Shown: piece by piece, positions 57,971-64,000 of the stretch
Layout of the letters: each line of letters starts with the position of its first letter
Position numbering within the stretch: the stretch's first letter is position 1
Assembly (NCBI GenBank): GCA_017935865.1
Contig: JAGBGT010000011.1
Span: 5,461 to 69,460 of the forward strand
Direction: 5' to 3'
DNA from: Ruminococcus sp.
GTDB taxonomy: Bacteria > Bacillota > Clostridia > Oscillospirales > Ruminococcaceae
Length of the DNA stretch: 64,000 nucleotides
The notes under the pieces: model-generated
The model's input: the letters and a program-made list of their open reading frames with translations, nothing else
What the model was told of the DNA's origin: nothing
Database searches by the model: none
Program-made: the position numbers and the translations under genes

Positions 57971-59167
57971 TTATTTATCCAGAATGTCTTTAGTCATCTT
58001 TGCCAGTATCTCCATGCCCTTTTCGATCTGGTCGTTGGAGGGAGTGGAGTAATTCAGGCGGAATGAGTGGCTGATCTCGTTTTCGTCGATGCTGAACGAG
58101 TTGCCGGGAACTACCGCGACCTTATATTCCTGAACGGCTCTGGTGCAGAAAGCGTTCATATCGCAGCTTTCGGGCAGCGTACACCACACGAAGAGTCCTC
58201 CCTGGGGACGGATATATGTGATCTGCTTGGAGAACTCGTTGTCGATATAGCCGCACATGAGGTCGCTCTTCTGCTTGTAGATGCCGCGGAGTTTGTTGAA
58301 GTGCGCCTCTCTGTCCACCGTGGTCATAAATCTGTGAGAAACGACCTGCGCCCAGATATTCGAGTGAACGTCGGAAACCTGTTTGCACACAACGATCTTC
58401 TGGATTATGGGTGCGGGGGCGGAGACGAAGCCTGTTCTGAATCCCGAGGAAATAAGCTTTGAGAATGTGGATGAGTAGATAACTCTTCCCTCAGTGTCCA
58501 GGCTCTTTATCGTGGGGATATTTTCACCGGCAAATCTCAGTTCGCCGTAGGGATCGTCCTCCAGGATGATGAAATCATAGCGGCAGGCAAGCTCATAGAC
58601 AGCCTTGCGCTTTTCCAGGGACATAGTTCTGCCGGTGGGGTTCTGGAAGTTGGGGATAAGATAGAGTACCTTGACGTTGGGCTGAGTTTTCAGCGCATTT
58701 TCCAGCTTGTCCAGATTTATTCCGTCCTCCTCCATATCAATGCCCACAAGGTTTACGTTATATGAGCGGAAAGCGTTCAGCGAGCCGATAAAGCTCGGGG
58801 ACTCGCAGAGGAGCGTATCGCCCTCGTTGAGGAGCACCTTGCATGAAAGCTCGTTTGCCTGCTGACCGCCGGAGGTAACGATCAGGTCGTCAAATTCCTT
58901 GTGAAAGCAGTTTTTCTCGGTCAGCCAGCCTTTCAGGAAGTCACGAAGGGGAGTATAGCCCTCGGTGATGCTGTACTGGAGAGCGAGAATAGGGTCATCT
59001 CTGAGCAGCTCGGCGGAAATTTCGGCTATGGACTCCGTGGGGAAAGCTTCCGGAGCAGGATTTCCTGCGGCAAAAGAGATGACCGAGGGGTCAGAGGTAA
59101 ATTTAAGTATCTCTCTTATGGCAGACGCCTTGAGACCGCTGACCTTATCGGAAAATTTATATTCCAT
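57971..59167 (-). CDS. PLP-dependent class I aminotransferase (LysN/2-aminoadipate transaminase-like)
   Basis: ISFAAGNP, FQNPTG, EDDPY, TFSK...G.R.G, GGLF.W, RLNYS. Confidence 0.9.
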   Translation of the reverse strand: MEYKFSDKVSGLKASAIREILKFTSDPSVISFAAGNPAPEAFPTESIAEISAELLRDDPILALQYSITEGYTPLRDFLKGWLTEKNCFHKEFDDLIVTSGGQQANELSCKVLLNEGDTLLCESPSFIGSLNAFRSYNVNLVGIDMEEDGINLDKLENALKTQPNVKVLYLIPNFQNPTGRTMSLEKRKAVYELACRYDFIILEDDPYGELRFAGENIPTIKSLDTEGRVIYSSTFSKLISSGFRTGFVSAPAPIIQKIVVCKQVSDVHSNIWAQVVSHRFMTTVDREAHFNKLRGIYKQKSDLMCGYIDNEFSKQITYIRPQGGLFVWCTLPESCDMNAFCTRAVQEYKVAVVPGNSFSIDENEISHSFRLNYSTPSNDQIEKGMEILAKMTKDILDK

Positions 59168-59328
59168 TTTTACCAGCCTTTCTGTATTATTTTAATCTAA
59201 TAGATCTTTAAGCACAATATGCTAATCTATATTATACCACATATTTTTAATTTCTGCAACATATATTTAGAAAAAAGTTTCAAGGCAGTGCGTTTCCGGC
59301 ACATTGTCTGAGAAGTGACGGTGATAGA

Positions 59329-60921
59329 TTGAAGAAGCAGAATTTTATAAAAGGCTCGGTCATCCTGATGATATCAGCTATAGCCGCAAAGGGGCTGGGC
59401 GCGCTGTTCAAGATACCTCTGACGAATATGCTCGGCGGCGTAGGCATGAGTTATTTTAGCTGCGCCTACAGCATTTTCATGCCTGTTTACGCCCTGACGG
59501 TCACGGGATTGTCCACGGCGGTGGCGCGTCTTACGGCGGAGAGTATGGCCCTGGGAATGTATGAAAACGTCCGCCGCATACGGAAAACGGCGCATCTCCT
59601 TTTTTCCGCAGTAGGCGTTCTGGGCAGCCTGCTCATACTTTTTCTGGCGAAGCCTTTCAGCCTCCTCGCCACTGGAAATACTCAGTCCGGGCTGGCAGTG
59701 GCGATGATCGCACCGTCGGTGCTTTTCGGCTGTGTAACGGCAGTTGAGCGCGGCTATTACGAGGGTATGAGCAATATGTACCCCACGGCTCTTTCCCAGG
59801 CGGCGGAGGGCGTGGTCAAGGTCGTCGCAGGACTGTGGCTATGCGGTCTTGCGCAGACGCGTTCGACGGAGATAATGGCGTATTTCCCGGAGATAACCGA
59901 TGCAAGGGCGATCTCCGCAGGCGCAGGGATCCTGGGCGTGACCCTGTCCACAGTGGGAGCGGCAGCCTTTTTCGCCTTACTGAGTCTTTTCCGTCCGCGG
60001 AGAAAACAGCAGGGGGAGGCTCATCTGCAAGACCGTGGCAGGATCGCCGCCGATCTGGTGAAAACAGCTCTCCCGGTAGGCGTCAGCGCGCTGGTGACTA
60101 ATCTGACGGCTGTTATTGATATGATGACGATAATCGGATGTATCAGCCGTTTCGGACTCCGCGGAGGTCTGCCGATAGGAGTATCTCCGGAGGAAGCGCC
60201 GGGCTTTGTGTACGGCTCATTTTCCGGCATTGCGCTGACGGTGTTCAATCTTGTTCCCTCGGTGACGAATATGCTGGGAAAAGGCGTTCTTCCCTCGGTT
60301 ACAGAGGCGTGGGCTTCCGGGGACAAAATGCGGCTGAGAAAATTTTCCTCGCAGGCGCTTTTTGCGGCGGCAGTCATTGCAGTTCCGGCGGCGGTCGGGC
60401 TGGCGGTGCTGTCGCCCTGGGTGCTTCATTTTCTCTTTCCCCGGCAGTGGGACGAGGCGGAGATATGCGTTAATGCACTGCGGCTGCTGATGCCGGGAAT
60501 GGTGTGTCTGTGCCTTTCGTTTCCGCTTTTCGGGATGCTCCAGGGTATCGGCAGGGCGTCGTCTCCGCTGAAAATAATGGCTTTGGGAACGGCGGTGAAG
60601 CTTGCCGGAAATCTGATCTTCATACCGCTTACAGGGGCAGATGGCGCGGCGATCTCCACATCGCTGTGCTATGCTGTGATACTGGCAGTCTCGCTCCGGG
60701 CGTATATCAGGGCGGCCGGAATTTCTTTGAAGATAGAGCCGTTTTTCACCGTGATACTTTCGGGGCTGATGTGCGGAGGGGCGGCATTGCTTGCGGCGGA
60801 TATCTCGGCTAAAGTTGGGACGGACGGAATACTTGTTATTCTCTTGTCGGCGATGATAGGCGGAACGGCATATCTTGCTTCGCTTATGTTCATGCAGAAA
60901 AACGGCGGACACAGCCGATAA
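59329..60921 (+). CDS. SpoVB/YabM-like MOP-superfamily flippase
   Basis: F.KG..IL......K.LG..FKIPL...LG..GM.YF; RGYYEG...M.PTA.SQ..E. Confidence 0.85.
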   Translation: MKKQNFIKGSVILMISAIAAKGLGALFKIPLTNMLGGVGMSYFSCAYSIFMPVYALTVTGLSTAVARLTAESMALGMYENVRRIRKTAHLLFSAVGVLGSLLILFLAKPFSLLATGNTQSGLAVAMIAPSVLFGCVTAVERGYYEGMSNMYPTALSQAAEGVVKVVAGLWLCGLAQTRSTEIMAYFPEITDARAISAGAGILGVTLSTVGAAAFFALLSLFRPRRKQQGEAHLQDRGRIAADLVKTALPVGVSALVTNLTAVIDMMTIIGCISRFGLRGGLPIGVSPEEAPGFVYGSFSGIALTVFNLVPSVTNMLGKGVLPSVTEAWASGDKMRLRKFSSQALFAAAVIAVPAAVGLAVLSPWVLHFLFPRQWDEAEICVNALRLLMPGMVCLCLSFPLFGMLQGIGRASSPLKIMALGTAVKLAGNLIFIPLTGADGAAISTSLCYAVILAVSLRAYIRAAGISLKIEPFFTVILSGLMCGGAALLAADISAKVGTDGILVILLSAMIGGTAYLASLMFMQKNGGHSR

Positions 60922-60948
60922 AACCGGCAGGGTATGAGACGGAGTCCC

Positions 60949-61066
60949 AGGTCGGCGCAGCCGACAACATCGGGTTTCCAAAGGGACAATGTCCCTTTGG
61001 CAGAGTCCAGAGGCAGCACCTCTGGCAGGGCTTGGGGCAGCGCCCCAAGGTCGACCGGACGTCGAC
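60949..61066. repeat. Mosaic hairpin repeat, copy 3 (reverse of copy 1)
   Basis: GTCGGCGCAGCCGAC, CCAAAGGGACAATGTCCCTTTGG, CCAGAGGCAGCACCTCTGG, GGGGCAGCGCCCC. Confidence 0.8.
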
Positions 61067-61407
61067 GTTTACTTTAGGCGCCCTGCAAGAGAGAGCGTCC
61101 CCTAAAACTCCAGGTTTATTTCTTTAGCGACGATTTAAAAATTTCAGTTACCACAACTGACACACTCAAAAGTCACACTAAATAAAAATAGAGAGAAATC
61201 TCCCTTTGTAAAAGGGGAAATTTCTCTCTGCTTTCTTAATATATGGACAAAAAGTTTCTAAGGGAACGCCCTCTCTTGCAGGGCGCACTACGTGCCGTCC
61301 CCTTTGTCGCTTCGCGACATTTCCCCACCCCGTGGGGAATCACCTCTTTCAAAACAGTCCATTGGACTGTTTTGAAATTCACCCTTTGCGGAGCGCCTGA
61401 AGGCTGC

Positions 61408-61497
61408 ATCGACCTGCGGTCGATTTGGGACTCCGTCCCAAACTCTGCCAAAGGGACTCCGTCCCTTTTGAAACCCGGGCTATCGGCTTCGCCGATG
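61408..61497. repeat. Mosaic hairpin repeat, copy 4
   Basis: ATCGACCTGCGGTCGAT, TTTGGGACTCCGTCCCAAA, AAAGGGACTCCGTCCCTTT, ATCGGCTTCGCCGAT. Confidence 0.75.
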
Positions 61498-62064
61498 TCA
61501 GCTCAGCTTGACAATAGCCGAGCCGTCAACCTTGACCTTGACAACGCTCGATTTATTACTCATATCGTCCAGTGTGGGGAAGAAGCATACCGTAAAGCTC
61601 TGAGTGTTCTCGGGAATGATAAATCCGCCTATGACTCCGGAAAATTCGCCGTTCGCCGGGATCTCAAAGGGATTCTCGGTGTAGCCGTCTACCGTCTGAA
61701 CAGCATTTATCTGTGTCCTGATGTCAAAATGCGCCTCTGTGCCGTCGTCGAAGAGAATGTAGAAGTTGTTGAGACAGTTCATTTCATAAGCCTTGTCCGT
61801 GGAGTTGGAAACCGACACGTCCAGATAGATGTATCTGCCGTCCTTCTGGCTGGATTCAAGAACTCTGTTGAGCTTGAAAACCGTGCTGTTTTCATTAGCC
61901 TCCTCCGCCATGCCGACGGAGATCTCCTTGTCGTGAAGCTCCTCGTTGTTGGACACCCTGGTGTGTCCGGAGCTTTGATCCTTTGTTCCGGAGGAACAGC
62001 CGACAGCGGCAGTTCCGGCAAGGACAGCGGCGAGTATAAGCGAGATTATTTTACATTTTTTCAT
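61498..62064 (-). CDS. Lipoprotein (DUF4352-like Ig fold)
   Basis: MKKCK... lipobox AVGC; YIYLDVSVSN; EIPANGEFSG..GF.IP. Confidence 0.65.
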   Translation of the reverse strand: MKKCKIISLILAAVLAGTAAVGCSSGTKDQSSGHTRVSNNEELHDKEISVGMAEEANENSTVFKLNRVLESSQKDGRYIYLDVSVSNSTDKAYEMNCLNNFYILFDDGTEAHFDIRTQINAVQTVDGYTENPFEIPANGEFSGVIGGFIIPENTQSFTVCFFPTLDDMSNKSSVVKVKVDGSAIVKLS

Positions 62065-62334
62065 GATAAGCCTCCGATATACAGAGCGTCCTGCGCTCAT
62101 ATTAAAGCCCGTGCTGCAAATTATAGGTGATTTACAGCAACAGCAAGTATACACACATTATAACATACATTATCCCGTGTTGTCAAGCAGTGAACAGAGA
62201 TTTCCAGGGCAGCATCAAAATTGTAAAATGTAATCAGATGCTAACAAAATATACTTGATTTTTTTGCGGAAATATGATAAAATCAAAGTAATAGGATAAC
62301 ATCCTACAAAATATTCTTATGGAGGTACATAACT

Positions 62335-62505
62335 ATGGCATACGTTATTTCTGATGAGTGTGTAAGCTGCGGCGCTTGTGCTGCTGATTGCCCTGCCGGC
62401 GCTATTTCTGAGGGAGACGGCAAGTACGTTATTGACGCGGACGCTTGCGTTGACTGCGGAGCTTGTGCTTCAACCTGTCCTGTAGGCGCTCCTCAGGCTG
62501 AATAA
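62335..62505 (+). CDS. fdx: 2[4Fe-4S] clostridial-type ferredoxin (56 aa, not in the ORF track)
   Basis: MAYVISDECVSCGACAADCPAGAISEGDGKYVIDADACVDCGACASTCPVGAPQAE; two CxxCxxCxxxCP motifs; GGAGG RBS; terminator follows. Confidence 0.95.
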   Translation: MAYVISDECVSCGACAADCPAGAISEGDGKYVIDADACVDCGACASTCPVGAPQAE

Positions 62506-62664
62506 TTACCGCACTTTTTTCAAGCGGCTGTCTTTGGACGGTCGCTTTTTATTTTTTCTGTTTTTTTCAAAACCACTTGACAGAGTTGAATGAAACATAG
62601 TATAATGTATGTGAAAAATATTTCCGCTCAGCCCTCTTGTGCGGAAAAGAAAAGGAGTTTTTGT

Positions 62665-64000
62665 ATGAATAAGCTTAAAAAGATCTTAGCCGGCATCAGC
62701 GCGATGGCTATGATGATGACGGCTTCCGTTTCCTGCGGAAAGGGAGGGGATAAATCTTCCTCGTCCGAATCCGAGGACAACAGCCGCTATGTGGAGGAGG
62801 ATCAGTTTTCGGTAGAGGTTGACGATGAGGAGGTCAAGAGCGATTCCGACGTTGACATCAGCGGACAGACTATTACATGGCTCTGCGACTACGACCTGAA
62901 TCCGCAGAACAACAAGGACAGATCTGTAGCGCTCTCGCTCTTTGAAGACGTTTACGGAGGAAAGATAAACTACGTTCAGGCAAGTTCCGAAGATAAGTTC
63001 ACGAAGCTTGCTTCTATGATAATGAGCGGAGACGAGGTGGATATGTTCCCCTACGAGTGGGACGCAGTGCCAAACGGAGTTGTTAAGGAGCAGTACCAGC
63101 CCCTTGATCCGTATTTCGATATAATGGGCATCAACGACGGACTCTGGGACGATATGGAGGACGTTATTGATATGTTCGAGTACAACGGTCAGCACTACGT
63201 TGTACCGTACACGATCTCAGATCCGCTGCTTATCACCTACAGCAGAAAGATCATGCAGGCTGAGGGGCTGGACGATCCCTACGAGCTGTACCTGGACGGC
63301 GAGTGGGACTGGAATACCATGATGGATATGATGAATCAGTTTGTTTCCGGCGCAGGCGACGGACAGACGCGCTATGGCATCAATGGCTGGTTCGGTCAGG
63401 CTATTATCCAGTCCACGGGACACACGATCGTAAATTACGAGGACGGTAAGTTCATCAACAACATTGACGACCCGGAGATAGAAAAGGCTGAGCTTCTCAT
63501 GCAGGAGATCGCGTCAAAGCAGCTATATAATCCCGAATGGATAGGCTGCTTCCCGGACGACGAGTCCACTCTCTTCTTTGCTATGGCGGACTGGGCGCTG
63601 GGAACATCCAACTCCAAGAACCCGGACGGCGATCTGATGATCGTGCCTTTCCCGAAGTCTCCCGAGGCTGACGAAAATTACCTCTGCTGCAATTTTGCTG
63701 CGAAGATGCTTGTAGCCGGCTCAACAAAGGGCGAGGCTGTCGCGACTTACATTAAGTGCGAGAGACTTGCGGCTACGCAGGAGGAGTACAAGGAACTGGC
63801 TAAGCAGAAGGCTCTCGTTGTGGAAAAGACGGCTTCCGGAATTACAAAATCATATGTTACGGAAGAGCAGTACGACGCGCTCCAGAGCTATCTCGACCCC
63901 AGCAATACCACGCCGATGTTCGATTTCGGCTACGGCATGGGCGCGAGAATGTACGGCGACGGCGAGTACACCTACGAGACCAGAGGCGTTATGAATAACC
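62665..64000 (+). CDS. ABC sugar-binding lipoprotein, paralog of 52314-53705 (runs off the window end)
   Basis: MNKLKKILAG...VSC lipobox; ITWLCDYD, GLDDPYELY.DGEWDW, VPFPK. Confidence 0.8.
   Translation, partial: MNKLKKILAGISAMAMMMTASVSCGKGGDKSSSSESEDNSRYVEEDQFSVEVDDEEVKSDSDVDISGQTITWLCDYDLNPQNNKDRSVALSLFEDVYGGKINYVQASSEDKFTKLASMIMSGDEVDMFPYEWDAVPNGVVKEQYQPLDPYFDIMGINDGLWDDMEDVIDMFEYNGQHYVVPYTISDPLLITYSRKIMQAEGLDDPYELYLDGEWDWNTMMDMMNQFVSGAGDGQTRYGINGWFGQAIIQSTGHTIVNYEDGKFINNIDDPEIEKAELLMQEIASKQLYNPEWIGCFPDDESTLFFAMADWALGTSNSKNPDGDLMIVPFPKSPEADENYLCCNFAAKMLVAGSTKGEAVATYIKCERLAATQEEYKELAKQKALVVEKTASGITKSYVTEEQYDALQSYLDPSNTTPMFDFGYGMGARMYGDGEYTYETRGVMNN

Overview
Chromosomal segment of a cellulolytic Ruminococcus flavefaciens-like Firmicute. 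The taxon is inferred from the complete scaC-scaA-scaB-cttA-scaE cellulosome cluster at 37.7-48.5 kb. The rest of the backbone is housekeeping and sporulation genes (gerKA/KB/KC-type operon, dusB, ttcA, ung, metF, hup, mazG, trpS, spoVB-like flippase, ferredoxin). The main hidden feature, absent from the ORF track, is that the mother-cell regulator gene spoIIID is split inside its HTH recognition helix by a 24,640-bp element (5123-29762). Codons 1-37 lie at 5010-5120 and codons 38-92 at 29761-29928. The two junctions carry inverted arms that rebuild a near-perfect attP palindrome around a CA dinucleotide. A large serine recombinase sits against attR, downstream of a sigma-E-like promoter and a 59-aa ORF. 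This reads as a skin-like element whose developmental excision would reconstitute spoIIID. The element has no phage or conjugation genes. Its cargo is a dispersed RNA-repair-like kit (RNA ligase, two RlaP-like nucleotidyltransferases, CCA/HD enzyme, macro domain, phosphoesterase), defence-like genes and a ~460-nt highly base-paired non-coding region. Two families of palindromic repeats are scattered through the window. All family assignments come from motif recognition by eye, with no database searches.
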